DNA of 64,000 nucleotides from Escherichia coli (GTDB lineage Bacteria; Pseudomonadota; Gammaproteobacteria; Enterobacterales; Enterobacteriaceae): NCBI RefSeq assembly GCF_044324785.1, contig NZ_CP172127.1; one strand, 5' to 3'. Shown piece by piece: positions 52,906 to 64,000 of this stretch (position 1 is its first letter; each line of letters starts with the position of its first letter). The notes under the pieces were generated by a model. It saw only the letters and a program-made list of their open reading frames with translations, ran no database searches and was not told where the DNA came from. The position numbers and the translations under genes were made by a program.

Positions 52906-53814
52906 TTAACTTTGCAGATAGCCGCATTCTCGCCGAAATTGCGTGATTAATGACGCGGTCAGTGGTGTCTGGCGACTATCACGCCGCTGAATCAAATAAT
53001 AGGTCGCTTTCGGTAAAATTTCGCTAACCGGCAACATCACCAGCCCCTGTCCGTGCAAGGGATCGCAGCCCATTTCTTCAGGTAGTATGCTGAGAAAATC
53101 GCTTTTTGCCACCAGACTGATACAGGCTGAGAACGTCTCGCAGACTACGCCGACCTGTGGCGTTTGCGCCTGATCGTCAAGCAATTCACTCAAGTGTTTG
53201 TAGTAGCTGCCGTGTGGCGTCGGCATTGTCCAGCTGTAGTCCAGTAACTGTTTGATCGAACGGGCACCAATGGCGGGATGTCCCGGGCGGCAAAAGATCG
53301 CGAATTGTTTTTCCAGTAATTTCTCAAAAGTAAATTCGTGGTCGTAGGGTCCCTGATAATAGGTATTGATGGTGAAATCCAGTTCCCCCTGGCGCAATTC
53401 ATTAATCATCGATACCAGTTGCCCTTCCATAATGCGTACTTTTACCTGCGGATGCTGCTGATGAAAACGAGATATGACAGCTGGCATCAGACTGCGGGAA
53501 ATACTGGCCCCCATGCCGATATTAATTTGCCCTGCCAGTTGCCCTTGTCGTTGGCGAATATCCTCTTGCGCTGCGCGCAGCTCTTCAAGAATAAGACTGG
53601 CGTGCTGATAAAAACTTTCACCGGCATCAGTTAACGTCACGCCTTTACTACGGCGAAAAAAGAGTTGTGCCGCCAACCCTTCTTCCAGCTCCTGAATAGA
53701 TTTACTCAGTGCCGGTTGCGACATATTCAACATTCGGCTCGCTCCGCGAATGCTGCCCTGACGAGCCACTTCAACAAAAGCCCGAATTTGATGAATTTTT
53801 ACCTGAAAAGCCAT
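52906..53814 (-). CDS. abgR: LysR-family regulator of the abg operon
   Basis: 302-aa ORF with N-terminal HTH; divergent from abgA. Confidence 0.85.
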   Translation of the reverse strand: MAFQVKIHQIRAFVEVARQGSIRGASRMLNMSQPALSKSIQELEEGLAAQLFFRRSKGVTLTDAGESFYQHASLILEELRAAQEDIRQRQGQLAGQINIGMGASISRSLMPAVISRFHQQHPQVKVRIMEGQLVSMINELRQGELDFTINTYYQGPYDHEFTFEKLLEKQFAIFCRPGHPAIGARSIKQLLDYSWTMPTPHGSYYKHLSELLDDQAQTPQVGVVCETFSACISLVAKSDFLSILPEEMGCDPLHGQGLVMLPVSEILPKATYYLIQRRDSRQTPLTASLITQFRRECGYLQS

Positions 53815-53989
53815 GACGCCACCGATAACCGTTATTTATCAGACCAAAGAAACTGGCATCTACTTTAATGCAGATGATTGTGTCAGGGTAATTTATGAAC
53901 GGTTAAAACTGTGAAAAATCAGTTAGTGATAAGTAAAAACTATCGCTACGTGAACCGGGTCACACTTTTTACTGATGACGGGAAAGGTT

Positions 53990-55300
53990 ATGGAGTCTTT
54001 GAATCAATTTATTAATTCGCTTGCCCCAAAATTATCGCACTGGCGACGTGATTTTCACCACTATGCAGAGTCTGGCTGGGTGGAATTCCGCACTGCCACC
54101 CTTGTTGCGGAAGAATTGCACCAGCTCGGTTATTCACTGGCGCTGGGCCGCGAAGTAGTTAATGAAAGTAGCCGGATGGGATTACCTGATGAATTCACTC
54201 TACAACGCGAATTCGAGCGCGCTCGTCAACAGGGTGCGCTAGAACAATGGATTGCGGCTTTTGAAGGCGGTTTCACTGGCATCGTCGCTACCCTGGATAC
54301 CGGTCGCCCCGGTCCGGTGATGGCTTTCCGTGTCGATATGGACGCGCTGGATCTCAGTGAAGAACGGGATGTCAGCCATCGCCCCTATCGCGACGGTTTT
54401 GCGTCATGTAACGCCGGAATGATGCATGCCTGTGGTCATGATGGACATACCGCCATTGGGCTTGGGCTGGCGCATACCCTTAAACAGTTCGAGTCCGGAC
54501 TACATGGCGTCATCAAACTGATTTTTCAACCTGCAGAGGAAGGTACGCGTGGCGCGCGGGCGATGGTCGATGCAGGAGTAGTGGATGATGTTGATTATTT
54601 TACTGCCGTGCACATTGGCACTGGTGTACCTGCGGGCACAGTAGTGTGCGGCAGTGATAATTTTATGGCAACCACCAAATTTGACGCGCACTTCACCGGG
54701 ACCGCCGCTCACGCAGGCGCAAAACCAGAAGACGGTCACAATGCCTTGTTGGCGGCAGCACAAGCAACTCTTGCACTGCATGCAATCGCCCCGCACAGCG
54801 AAGGCGCTTCCAGAGTAAACGTGGGCGTTATGCAGGCAGGAAGCGGTCGTAATGTTGTTCCCGCCTCAGCGTTGCTGAAAGTGGAAACACGCGGGGCCAG
54901 CGACGTCATTAATCAATATGTTTTTGACCGTGCACAACAAGCGATTCAGGGCGCAGCAACCATGTATGGTGTCGGCGTTGAAACTCGTCTGATGGGTGCA
55001 GCTACCGCCAGTTCTCCTTCGCCGCAATGGGTCGCATGGTTGCAAAGTCAGGCAGCTCAGGTCGCCGGGGTCAATCAGGCCATTGAACGTGTTGAAGCGC
55101 CTGCGGGTTCCGAAGATGCCACATTAATGATGGCCCGCGTGCAGCAACATCAAGGGCAAGCCTCCTATATGGTGTTTGGCACACAGCTGGCGGCAGGTCA
55201 TCACAACGAAAAATTCGATTTTGACGAGCAGGTTCTCGCTATTGCCGTCGAAACGCTGGCGCGCACCGCGCTCAATTTTCCCTGGACGCGAGGTATCTGA
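53990..55300 (+). CDS. abgA: p-aminobenzoyl-glutamate hydrolase subunit A (M20 peptidase)
   Basis: 436 aa from MESLNQFINSLAPKL; stop overlaps abgB start (TGATG). Confidence 0.85.
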   Translation: MESLNQFINSLAPKLSHWRRDFHHYAESGWVEFRTATLVAEELHQLGYSLALGREVVNESSRMGLPDEFTLQREFERARQQGALEQWIAAFEGGFTGIVATLDTGRPGPVMAFRVDMDALDLSEERDVSHRPYRDGFASCNAGMMHACGHDGHTAIGLGLAHTLKQFESGLHGVIKLIFQPAEEGTRGARAMVDAGVVDDVDYFTAVHIGTGVPAGTVVCGSDNFMATTKFDAHFTGTAAHAGAKPEDGHNALLAAAQATLALHAIAPHSEGASRVNVGVMQAGSGRNVVPASALLKVETRGASDVINQYVFDRAQQAIQGAATMYGVGVETRLMGAATASSPSPQWVAWLQSQAAQVAGVNQAIERVEAPAGSEDATLMMARVQQHQGQASYMVFGTQLAAGHHNEKFDFDEQVLAIAVETLARTALNFPWTRGI

Positions 55301-56745
55301 TGCAGGAAATCTATCGTTTTATCGACGATGCGATTGAAGCCGATCGCCAACGTTATACCGATATTGCCGATCAAATCTGGGATCATCCAGAAACACGTTT
55401 TGAAGAGTTCTGGTCAGCGGAGCATCTGGCTTCGGCGCTGGAGTCTGCAGGCTTCACCGTTACCCGCAACGTAGGCAATATCCCAAATGCCTTTATTGCT
55501 TCGTTTGGTCAAGGCAAACCGGTTATCGCCCTGCTGGGGGAATATGACGCCCTGGCAGGTTTAAGTCAGCAAGCCGGTTGCGCGCAACCTACATCCGCGA
55601 CGCCCGGTGAAAATGGTCACGGTTGCGGACACAATTTGCTGGGAACCGCCGCCTTTGCCGCAGCAATAGCCGTCAAGAAATGGCTGGAACAATATGGGCA
55701 AGGCGGCACGGTGCGCTTTTATGGTTGTCCTGGCGAAGAAGGCGGCTCGGGTAAAACGTTCATGGTCCGCGAGGGGGTATTTGATGATGTGGATGCGGCA
55801 CTCACCTGGCACCCGGAAGCCTTTGCCGGTATGTTCAATACCCGCACGCTGGCAAACATTCAGGCATCATGGCGCTTTAAAGGGATCGCAGCACATGCCG
55901 CGAACTCCCCTCATTTGGGACGCAGCGCCCTTGATGCCGTAACGTTGATGACCACTGGCACCAACTTCCTCAACGAACATATTATTGAAAAAGCGCGCGT
56001 ACACTATGCCATCACAGATAGCGGCGGGATCTCGCCCAACGTGGTCCAGGCGCAGGCAGAAGTGCTTTATCTTATCCGCGCCCCCGAAATGACCGATGTG
56101 CAGCATATTTATGATCGGGTCGCCAAAATCGCCGAAGGTGCGGCATTGATGACCGAAACCACGGTTGAATGCCGCTTCGACAAAGCCTGTTCCAGTTATC
56201 TCCCGAATCGCACCTTAGAAAATGCCATGTACCAGGCCCTATCCCATTTTGGTACCCCGGAATGGAACTGCGAAGAACTGGCTTTTGCGAAACAAATTCA
56301 GGCTACGCTCACCTCCAACGATCGGCAAAACAGTCTGAATAATATCGCCGCAACCGGTGGCGAAAACGGCAAGGTTTTTGCACTACGTCATCGTGAAACG
56401 ATACTGGCGAATGAAGTCGCTCCATATGCCGCCACCGATAACGTGCTTGCGGCATCGACTGATGTCGGCGACGTCAGTTGGAAACTGCCTGTTGCCCAGT
56501 GTTTCAGCCCCTGTTTTGCCGTCGGTACACCGCTACATACGTGGCAACTGGTTAGCCAGGGGCGAACATCTATTGCTCATAAAGGAATGCTGCTGGCGGC
56601 GAAAACTATGGCAGCAACCACAGTCAATCTCTTCATTGATTCAGGGCTATTGCAAGAATGCCAACAAGAGCATCAGCAAGTTACGGACACGCAACCGTAT
56701 CACTGCCCTATCCCGAAAAACGTGACACCGTCACCTTTAAAATAA
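55300..56745 (+). CDS. abgB: p-aminobenzoyl-glutamate hydrolase subunit B (M20 peptidase)
   Basis: 481-aa ORF; operon position. Confidence 0.85.
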   Translation: MQEIYRFIDDAIEADRQRYTDIADQIWDHPETRFEEFWSAEHLASALESAGFTVTRNVGNIPNAFIASFGQGKPVIALLGEYDALAGLSQQAGCAQPTSATPGENGHGCGHNLLGTAAFAAAIAVKKWLEQYGQGGTVRFYGCPGEEGGSGKTFMVREGVFDDVDAALTWHPEAFAGMFNTRTLANIQASWRFKGIAAHAANSPHLGRSALDAVTLMTTGTNFLNEHIIEKARVHYAITDSGGISPNVVQAQAEVLYLIRAPEMTDVQHIYDRVAKIAEGAALMTETTVECRFDKACSSYLPNRTLENAMYQALSHFGTPEWNCEELAFAKQIQATLTSNDRQNSLNNIAATGGENGKVFALRHRETILANEVAPYAATDNVLAASTDVGDVSWKLPVAQCFSPCFAVGTPLHTWQLVSQGRTSIAHKGMLLAAKTMAATTVNLFIDSGLLQECQQEHQQVTDTQPYHCPIPKNVTPSPLK

Positions 56746-56781
56746 CAACAACAACGCAAACACAACAAACGAGGAATGCCC

Positions 56782-58308
56782 ATGAGTATGTCATCCATAC
56801 CGTCGTCCTCCCAATCCGGGAAGCTCTATGGCTGGGTCGAAAGAATTGGTAACAAGGTTCCCCATCCTTTTTTGCTCTTTATCTATTTGATTATCGTACT
56901 CATGGTGACGACGGCAATTTTGTCGGCCTTTGGCGTCAGTGCGAAAAACCCGACCGATGGTACGCCGGTGGTCGTGAAAAACCTGCTCAGTGTGGAAGGA
57001 TTACACTGGTTTTTACCCAATGTGATTAAAAACTTTAGCGGTTTTGCTCCACTTGGTGCGATCCTGGCGCTGGTTTTAGGTGCCGGCCTAGCGGAGCGCG
57101 TCGGCTTACTGCCAGCGCTAATGGTTAAAATGGCATCGCATGTGAATGCCCGCTACGCCAGTTATATGGTGCTGTTTATTGCTTTTTTCAGCCACATTTC
57201 TTCCGATGCGGCGTTAGTGATCATGCCACCGATGGGTGCGCTAATTTTTCTGGCGGTGGGCAGGCATCCAGTTGCAGGTTTACTGGCCGCCATTGCAGGC
57301 GTAGGTTGCGGCTTTACGGCTAATTTACTGATTGTCACAACCGACGTGTTGCTGTCGGGGATCAGCACGGAGGCTGCGGCTGCGTTCAATCCGCAAATGC
57401 ACGTCAGTGTAATTGATAACTGGTATTTTATGGCCAGCTCCGTAGTCGTACTGACGATTGTTGGCGGCCTGATAACCGACAAAATCATTGAGCCACGTTT
57501 AGGTCAATGGCAGGGAAACAGCGATGAGAAACTGCAGACATTAACCGAAAGTCAGCGTTTTGGTTTACGCATAGCAGGTGTCGTATCGCTACTTTTTATT
57601 GCTGCGATTGCGCTGATGGTGATCCCGGAAAACGGGATATTGCGCGATCCGATTAATCACACCGTGATGCCATCCCCCTTTATTAAAGGTATCGTGCCAC
57701 TGATCATTCTTTTTTTCTTTGTGGTCTCGCTGGCTTATGGCATCGCTACCCGCACAATTCGACGTCAGGCGGATTTACCGCATTTAATGATTGAACCGAT
57801 GAAAGAGATGGCGGGATTTATCGTGATGGTTTTTCCCCTCGCCCAGTTTGTCGCCATGTTTAACTGGAGCAACATGGGGAAATTCATCGCCGTGGGGCTG
57901 ACCGATATACTGGAAAGTTCAGGGCTTAGCGGCATCCCGGCGTTTGTCGGTCTGGCGTTGCTTTCCTCTTTCTTATGCATGTTTATCGCCAGCGGTTCCG
58001 CAATCTGGTCGATTCTGGCCCCCATTTTCGTACCGATGTTTATGCTACTTGGCTTTCACCCGGCATTTGCGCAAATCCTCTTTCGTATTGCCGACTCATC
58101 CGTATTGCCTTTAGCGCCGGTATCTCCTTTTGTTCCACTGTTTCTTGGATTCCTGCAACGTTACAAACCAGACGCGAAACTGGGTACTTACTATTCGTTA
58201 GTTTTGCCCTATCCACTTATCTTTTTGGTGGTATGGCTGCTGATGTTGCTGGCGTGGTATCTTGTTGGCTTGCCGATAGGTCCGGGTATTTACCCACGTT
58301 TGTCTTAA
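56782..58308 (+). CDS. abgT: p-aminobenzoyl-glutamate transporter (AbgT family)
   Basis: 508 aa from [18 protein letters not shown]; polytopic membrane protein. Confidence 0.85.
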   Translation: MSMSSIPSSSQSGKLYGWVERIGNKVPHPFLLFIYLIIVLMVTTAILSAFGVSAKNPTDGTPVVVKNLLSVEGLHWFLPNVIKNFSGFAPLGAILALVLGAGLAERVGLLPALMVKMASHVNARYASYMVLFIAFFSHISSDAALVIMPPMGALIFLAVGRHPVAGLLAAIAGVGCGFTANLLIVTTDVLLSGISTEAAAAFNPQMHVSVIDNWYFMASSVVVLTIVGGLITDKIIEPRLGQWQGNSDEKLQTLTESQRFGLRIAGVVSLLFIAAIALMVIPENGILRDPINHTVMPSPFIKGIVPLIILFFFVVSLAYGIATRTIRRQADLPHLMIEPMKEMAGFIVMVFPLAQFVAMFNWSNMGKFIAVGLTDILESSGLSGIPAFVGLALLSSFLCMFIASGSAIWSILAPIFVPMFMLLGFHPAFAQILFRIADSSVLPLAPVSPFVPLFLGFLQRYKPDAKLGTYYSLVLPYPLIFLVVWLLMLLAWYLVGLPIGPGIYPRLS

Positions 58309-58318
58309 GAGAGAACGG

Positions 58319-58834
58319 ATGCTGAGATTACTTGAAGAAAAAATTGCCACGCCACTGGGTCCACTGAGGGTGATTTGCGATGAGCAATTTCGCCTGCGGG
58401 CGGTTGAATGGGAAGAGTACAGCGAACGCATGGTGCAGCTGCTGGACATCCATTATCGCAAAGAAGGCTATGAGCGCATTTCTGCCACCAACCCAGGTGG
58501 TTTAAGCGACAAGCTTCGTGAATATTTTGCCGGTAATCTTAGCATTATTGATACGCTTCCCACTGCCACGGGGGGGACGCCATTTCAGCGCGAAGTCTGG
58601 AAAACACTGCGCACTATCCCCTGCGGGCAGGTAATGCATTATGGCCAACTGGCTGAACAATTAGGCCGCCCAGGCGCGGCGCGTGCCGTTGGTGCGGCAA
58701 ACGGATCGAATCCCATCAGCATCGTCGTACCTTGCCATCGGGTTATTGGCCGAAACGGCACCATGACCGGATATGCAGGCGGAGTTCAGCGAAAAGAGTG
58801 GTTATTGCGCCACGAAGGTTATCTTTTGCTGTAA
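58319..58834 (+). CDS. ogt: O6-alkylguanine-DNA alkyltransferase
   Basis: 171-aa ORF with active-site PCHRV motif (VVPCHRVIG). Confidence 0.9.
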   Translation: MLRLLEEKIATPLGPLRVICDEQFRLRAVEWEEYSERMVQLLDIHYRKEGYERISATNPGGLSDKLREYFAGNLSIIDTLPTATGGTPFQREVWKTLRTIPCGQVMHYGQLAEQLGRPGAARAVGAANGSNPISIVVPCHRVIGRNGTMTGYAGGVQRKEWLLRHEGYLLL

Positions 58835-58995
58835 ACATTAAACAATTTGTGCCAGCTTGTTCACACTTTTATGTAAAGTCACCCTTAACAACTTAAGGGT
58901 TTTCAAATAGATAGACATATATTTACATCTAATATCGGAATTCTCTGCTGTTAAGGTTTGCTTAGACTTACTTGCTCCCTAAAAAGATGTTAAAA

Positions 58996-59009
58996 TTGAC
59001 AAATATCAA
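58996..59009. promoter_or_regulatory. FNR box at the fnr promoter (autoregulation)
   Basis: TTGAC-AAAT-ATCAA, 20 nt upstream of the fnr start codon. Confidence 0.7.
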
Positions 59010-59028
59010 TTACGGCTTGAGCAGACCT

Positions 59029-59781
59029 ATGATCCCGGAAAAGCGAATTATACGGCGCATTCAGTCTGGCGGTTGTGCTATCCATTGCCAGGATTGCAGC
59101 ATCAGCCAGCTTTGCATCCCGTTCACACTCAACGAACATGAGCTTGATCAGCTTGATAATATCATTGAGCGGAAGAAGCCTATTCAGAAAGGCCAGACGC
59201 TGTTTAAGGCTGGTGATGAACTTAAATCGCTTTATGCCATCCGCTCCGGTACGATTAAAAGTTATACCATAACTGAGCAAGGCGACGAGCAAATCACTGG
59301 TTTCCATTTAGCAGGCGACCTGGTGGGATTTGACGCCATCGGCAGCGGCCATCACCCGAGCTTCGCGCAGGCCCTGGAAACCTCGATGGTATGTGAAATC
59401 CCGTTCGAAACGCTGGACGATTTGTCCGGTAAAATGCCGAATCTGCGTCAGCAGATGATGCGTCTGATGAGCGGTGAAATCAAAGGCGATCAGGACATGA
59501 TCCTGCTGTTGTCGAAGAAAAATGCCGAGGAACGTCTGGCTGCATTCATCTACAACCTGTCCCGTCGTTTTGCCCAACGCGGCTTCTCCCCTCGTGAATT
59601 CCGCCTGACGATGACTCGTGGCGATATCGGTAACTATCTGGGCCTGACGGTAGAAACCATCAGCCGTCTGCTGGGTCGCTTCCAGAAAAGCGGTATGCTG
59701 GCAGTCAAAGGTAAATACATCACCATCGAAAATAACGATGCGCTGGCCCAGCTTGCTGGTCATACGCGTAACGTTGCCTGA
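59029..59781 (+). CDS. fnr: fumarate/nitrate reduction global regulator FNR
   Basis: 250 aa from [32 protein letters not shown] (Cys cluster for 4Fe-4S), C-terminal HTH (ETISRLL); track ORF has a 19-codon extension. Confidence 0.95.
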
Positions 59782-59932
59782 TTTTTCCGCATAACTCACT
59801 ATCCTTCTGTCATATCATTAAATTTTTCTGATTTATTGATCTGACAGAAGGTTCATCACTGTTTCATTCACCAGATATGGGTTAATCTTTTAATTACAAA
59901 CTGCGTTGACAGTTGTTGTAAGGAGACCCTGT

Positions 59933-60883
59933 ATGGCTATGTATCAGAACATGCTCGTTGTTATCGATCCTAACCAGGACGACCAACCAGCATTGCGGCG
60001 AGCTGTTTATTTACATCAACGGATTGGTGGCAAAATTAAAGCCTTTTTGCCGATCTATGACTTCTCATACGAAATGACCACCCTGCTCTCTCCGGACGAA
60101 CGTACCGCTATGCGTCAGGGCGTCATCAGCCAGCGTACAGCCTGGATCCACGAGCAGGCAAAATATTATCTCAATGCTGGCGTTCCCATTGAAATTAAAG
60201 TGGTCTGGCATAACCGTCCTTTCGAAGCCATCATTCAGGAAGTGATCAGCGGCGGGCACGATTTGGTGCTAAAAATGGCGCACCAACATGACCGTCTGGA
60301 AGCGGTGATTTTTACGCCAACGGACTGGCATCTGTTACGCAAATGCCCAAGCCCGGTGTGGATGGTGAAAGACCAGCCGTGGCCGGAAGGGGGTAAGGCG
60401 CTGGTGGCGGTGAATCTCGCCAGTGAAGAGCCGTATCATAATGCGCTCAATGAAAAACTGGTCAAAGAGACGATCGAACTGGCGGAACAAGTCAACCATA
60501 CCGAAGTTCATCTGGTTGGCGCTTATCCGGTAACGCCAATTAATATCGCGATTGAACTGCCGGAATTTGATCCGAGCGTTTATAACGATGCCATTCGTGG
60601 GCAACATTTGCTGGCAATGAAAGCCCTGCGGCAGAAATTCGGCATTAATGAAAACATGACGCACGTAGAAAAAGGTCTGCCAGAAGAGGTGATTCCTGAT
60701 TTGGCGGAGCATTTACAGGCGGGGATTGTGGTTCTGGGCACGGTCGGACGCACCGGTATTTCAGCGGCATTCCTCGGCAACACGGCGGAACAGGTGATTG
60801 ATCATCTTCGCTGCGACCTGCTGGTCATTAAACCTGACCAGTATCAGACACCCGTTGAACTGGATGACGAAGAAGACGATTAA
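59933..60883 (+). CDS. uspE: tandem-domain universal stress protein E
   Basis: 316 aa from [13 protein letters not shown] with AAGGAG SD; two Usp domains. Confidence 0.9.
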   Translation: MAMYQNMLVVIDPNQDDQPALRRAVYLHQRIGGKIKAFLPIYDFSYEMTTLLSPDERTAMRQGVISQRTAWIHEQAKYYLNAGVPIEIKVVWHNRPFEAIIQEVISGGHDLVLKMAHQHDRLEAVIFTPTDWHLLRKCPSPVWMVKDQPWPEGGKALVAVNLASEEPYHNALNEKLVKETIELAEQVNHTEVHLVGAYPVTPINIAIELPEFDPSVYNDAIRGQHLLAMKALRQKFGINENMTHVEKGLPEEVIPDLAEHLQAGIVVLGTVGRTGISAAFLGNTAEQVIDHLRCDLLVIKPDQYQTPVELDDEEDD

Positions 60884-60904
60884 CGACTCTTCAATAACTG
60901 ACAA

Positions 60905-60930
60905 GGCCCGAGTTATCGGGCCTATTTTTT
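60905..60930. terminator. bidirectional terminator between convergent uspE and ynaJ
   Basis: GGCCCGAGTTATCGGGCC hairpin followed by TATTTTTT. Confidence 0.8.
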
Positions 60931-60932
60931 AC

Positions 60933-61190
60933 TTACTGCTCTTCGCCGCCAAGGAAATAAATTCCCAACGGGATTGCCAGCAACACAGTAAAGACCAGGC
61001 TATAAACAAAAATCATCGATGACTGAATCACATACATTGATGTCGTCCACTCAGACAGCGGAATATTGTACTGTTCTATCACGCCGCCGATGGTCGCGCG
61101 AGTCACAACCGACGCCGCAATAATGAAAACCGCCAACAAACCAAAGAGAAATTTCTTCCCTTTCGCTGACTTCAGTTTCGCCATAATCAT
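60933..61190 (-). CDS. ynaJ: small inner-membrane protein YnaJ
   Basis: 85-aa ORF with two TM helices; synteny. Confidence 0.8.
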   Translation of the reverse strand: MIMAKLKSAKGKKFLFGLLAVFIIAASVVTRATIGGVIEQYNIPLSEWTTSMYVIQSSMIFVYSLVFTVLLAIPLGIYFLGGEEQ

Positions 61191-61433
61191 GATGTAATCC
61201 TTGTGCAGACAAATTTCTTGTTACCTAAACGTAACAATACCATGACATTTTACCGTTGTCTGCTCTGAAAACCTTACCTCTTAGCTGGATTTACAATCAA
61301 CGCATTGATTAGTTAGCTAATGTTGCTACTTCCTTCCCTGACTATTGATGATCTGAATGAATTGTCGCGGTAAAATAGCCCCGCCAGGGGTTTCCGGCAT
61401 GACGACAATTATCTGGAGGAGCCTGATAAAACA

Positions 61434-62465
61434 ATGATCGCTGAACTGTTTACAAATAATGCGCTTAATCTGGTCATTATTTTCGGTAGCTGCGCAGCAT
61501 TGATTCTGATGAGCTTTTGGTTTCGCCGCGGAAATCGTAAAAGAAAAGGTTTTTTATTCCATGCGGTGCAATTTTTAATCTACACCATAATTATCAGTGC
61601 TGTTGGTAGCATCATTAATTATGTTATAGAAAACTATAAACTCAAATTTATCACCCCAGGCGTTATCGATTTTATCTGTACGTCCCTGATTGCGGTTATT
61701 CTGACGATTAAGCTATTTCTGCTGATTAATCAGTTTGAAAAACAGCAGATTAAAAAAGGTCGCGATATCACCAGTGCGCGGATTATGTCGCGTATCATCA
61801 AAATCACCATTATTGTGGTGCTTGTTCTGCTTTATGGCGAACATTTCGGCATGAGCCTTTCTGGCTTGTTGACCTTTGGTGGTATTGGTGGTCTGGCTGT
61901 CGGTATGGCCGGTAAAGATATTCTGAGTAACTTCTTTTCCGGGATTATGCTCTATTTCGACCGTCCTTTTAGTATTGGCGACTGGATCCGTTCACCGGAC
62001 AGAAATATCGAAGGTACAGTAGCGGAAATTGGCTGGCGAATTACCAAAATTACGACCTTTGATAATCGTCCATTGTACGTACCGAACTCGCTGTTTTCGT
62101 CAATCAGCGTAGAAAACCCTGGACGAATGACCAACCGGCGCATTACCACGACCATTGGTTTACGTTATGAGGATGCGGCAAAAGTGGGCGCTATTGTCGA
62201 AGCCGTACGTGAGATGCTGAAAAATCACCCGGCCATCGACCAGCGACAAACCCTACTGGTTTATTTCAACCAGTTTGCTGACTCTTCATTGAATATTATG
62301 GTTTATTGCTTTACCAAAACCACGGTATGGGCTGAATGGCTTGCTGCACAGCAAGACGTTTATTTGAAGATTATCGATATTGTACAGTCACACGACGCGG
62401 ACTTTGCCTTCCCCAGCCAGACGCTGTATATGGATAACATTACACCGCCGGACCAGGGTCGCTAA
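61434..62465 (+). CDS. ynaI: low-conductance mechanosensitive channel (MscS family)
   Basis: 343-aa ORF with N-terminal TM helices and MscS core ([22 protein letters not shown]). Confidence 0.9.
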   Translation: MIAELFTNNALNLVIIFGSCAALILMSFWFRRGNRKRKGFLFHAVQFLIYTIIISAVGSIINYVIENYKLKFITPGVIDFICTSLIAVILTIKLFLLINQFEKQQIKKGRDITSARIMSRIIKITIIVVLVLLYGEHFGMSLSGLLTFGGIGGLAVGMAGKDILSNFFSGIMLYFDRPFSIGDWIRSPDRNIEGTVAEIGWRITKITTFDNRPLYVPNSLFSSISVENPGRMTNRRITTTIGLRYEDAAKVGAIVEAVREMLKNHPAIDQRQTLLVYFNQFADSSLNIMVYCFTKTTVWAEWLAAQQDVYLKIIDIVQSHDADFAFPSQTLYMDNITPPDQGR

Positions 62466-62515
62466 ATCAGACATCACTGGCGTTATCCACAAGGGTAACG
62501 CCAGTTCCCATTACA

Positions 62516-62691
62516 TCAATGCTTCACAATATACATAGTCCGACTGTACGCCACATCTTCAGGGTTATTAATGGGATAACCTTTCAGCCACGGCTTGATT
62601 AATCGTCCATTGGTATATTGATAAATTGGTGCAATCGGTGCTTGCTCCATGAGGATTTTTTCTGCCGCATTGTAATCGGCATTACGCGCTT
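62516..62691 (-). pseudogene. mppA: mppA 3' fragment (murein tripeptide-binding protein), separated from the 5' part by IS1
   Basis: Minus-strand frame encodes ...ARNADYNAAEKILMEQAPIAPIYQYTNGRLIKPWLKGYPINNPEDVAYSRTMYIVKH*, continuing the reading frame broken at the IS1 junction. Confidence 0.85.
62683..62691. repeat. target-site duplication (left copy) TACGCGCTT
   Basis: Identical 9-mer directly flanks both IS1 ends (also 63460-63468). Confidence 0.9.
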
Positions 62692-62746
62692 GGTGATGCT
62701 GCCAACTTACTGATTTAGTGTATGATGGTGTTTTTGAGGTGCTCCA

Positions 62747-63022
62747 GTGGCTTCTGTTTCTATCAGCTGTCCCTCCTGTTCAGCTACTGACGGGGTGGTG
62801 CGTAACGGCAAAAGCACCGCCGGACATCAGCGCTATCTCTGCTCTCACTGCCGTAAAACATGGCAACTGCAGTTCACTTACACCGCTTCTCAACCCGGTA
62901 CGCACCAGAAAATCATTGATATGGCCATGAATGGCGTTGGATGCCGGGCAACTGCCCGCATTATGGGCGTTGGCCTCAACACGATTTTACGTCACTTAAA
63001 AAACTCAGGCCGCAGTCGGTAA
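62747..63022 (+). CDS. insA: IS1 InsA
   Basis: 91-aa product [40 protein letters not shown]... Confidence 0.95.
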
Positions 63023-63444
63023 CCTCGCGCATACAGCCGGGCAGTGACGTCATCGTCTGCGCGGAAATGGACGAACAGTGGGGCTATGTCGGGGCTAAAT
63101 CGCGCCAGCGCTGGCTGTTTTACGCGTATGACAGTCTCCGGAAGACGGTTGTTGCGCACGTATTCGGTGAACGCACTATGGCGACGCTGGGGCGTCTTAT
63201 GAGCCTGCTGTCACCCTTTGACGTGGTGATATGGATGACGGATGGCTGGCCGCTGTATGAATCCCGCCTGAAGGGAAAGCTGCACGTAATCAGCAAGCGA
63301 TATACGCAGCGAATTGAGCGGCATAACCTGAATCTGAGGCAGCACCTGGCACGGCTGGGACGGAAGTCGCTGTCGTTTTCAAAATCGGTGGAGCTGCATG
63401 ACAAAGTCATCGGGCATTATCTGAACATAAAACACTATCAATAA
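62941..63444 (+). CDS. insB: IS1 InsB reading frame (expressed as InsAB' by -1 frameshift)
   Basis: 167-aa frame overlapping insA; canonical IS1 organisation. Confidence 0.9.
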
Positions 63445-63459
63445 GTTGGAGTCATTACC

Positions 63460-63468
63460 TACGCGCTT
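63460..63468. repeat. target-site duplication (right copy) TACGCGCTT
   Basis: Same 9-mer as 62683-62691. Confidence 0.9.
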
Positions 63469-64000
63469 TAACGGTATTTTCCGTTGATGCCTGGGCCAGT
63501 ACTTTGTCGTATGCCGGATTGTTAAAGCGTGAAATATTCCCTGAATGCGTTGACGTTAACAACGTAAGGAAAGTGGAGGGTTCATTATAATCCCCTACCC
63601 ATGAGGCGCGGATAACATCAAAATTGCCGGTGTTACGGCTATCGATATAGGTTTTCCATTCCTGATTCTGCAATTTAACATCTACGCCAAGGTTCTTTTT
63701 CCACATCGATGCTACAGCAATCGCAATTTTTTGATGGTTTTCTGAAGTGTTATACAAAAGCGTCAGCTTCAGCGGTTTTTGCGGACCATAACCAGCTGCG
63801 CTCAACAAAGTTTTTGCCTGCGCATTCAGTTCTTCCTGACTCATTTGTTCAAACGGCGAAGGCTCCGGCGTAAAACCGGCAGTAACATCTGGTGTAAAAT
63901 GCCACGCTGGCTTTTCCCCCGTCCCCAACACTTTTTCGGTCATCAGGCGGCGATCTATCGTCATACTTAATGCCAGGCGAACACGCTGATCGGCCGTCGG
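63460..64000 (-). pseudogene. mppA: mppA 5' portion (runs off the window end), truncated by IS1
   Basis: Periplasmic peptide-binding protein frame (...SWVGDYNEPSTFLTLL...NPAYDKVLAQASTENTVKAR) reaching a stop only inside the IS1 inverted repeat. Confidence 0.85.

Larger units (their letters stand above)
62692..63459 (+). mobile_element. IS1 insertion sequence (768 bp)
   Basis: Terminal inverted repeats GGTGATGCTGCCAACTTACTGAT... / ...ATCAATAAGTTGGAGTCATTACC; insA and insB frames; A6C frameshift motif TTAAAAAAC at about 62997. Confidence 0.95.

Overview
Escherichia coli-type chromosomal segment of about 64 kb, colinear with but inverted relative to the K-12 map from ydcJ/trg (window start) to mppA (window end). 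About 60 protein-coding genes and five small RNAs (sokB, rydC, micC, fnrS, mcaS) are recognisable. Compared with my recollection of K-12 MG1655, this strain differs in several places: ydbA is one uninterrupted giant autotransporter ORF carrying a ~2.9 kb array of 294-bp in-frame tandem repeats; gapC is intact; there is no Rac prophage next to ttcA; there is no fea/tynA/paa cluster between ydbL and ydbA; an extra AT-rich AraC + membrane-fusion + MFS efflux islet sits between mcaS and smrA; an extra AT-rich two-ORF islet (candidate SUKH/SMI1-like immunity protein) sits between ydcF and hrpA; and an IS1 with a 9-bp target duplication splits mppA. The best candidates for an undescribed system are the ydcF-hrpA islet and the overlapping ynbABCD operon, which reads as a cryptic CDP-diacylglycerol-based lipid head-group pathway. 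Everything here comes from reading the sequence and the ORF track plus recall of protein families and K-12 gene order; no searches were run, so gene names rest on recalled sequence and synteny, and base composition is judged by eye.
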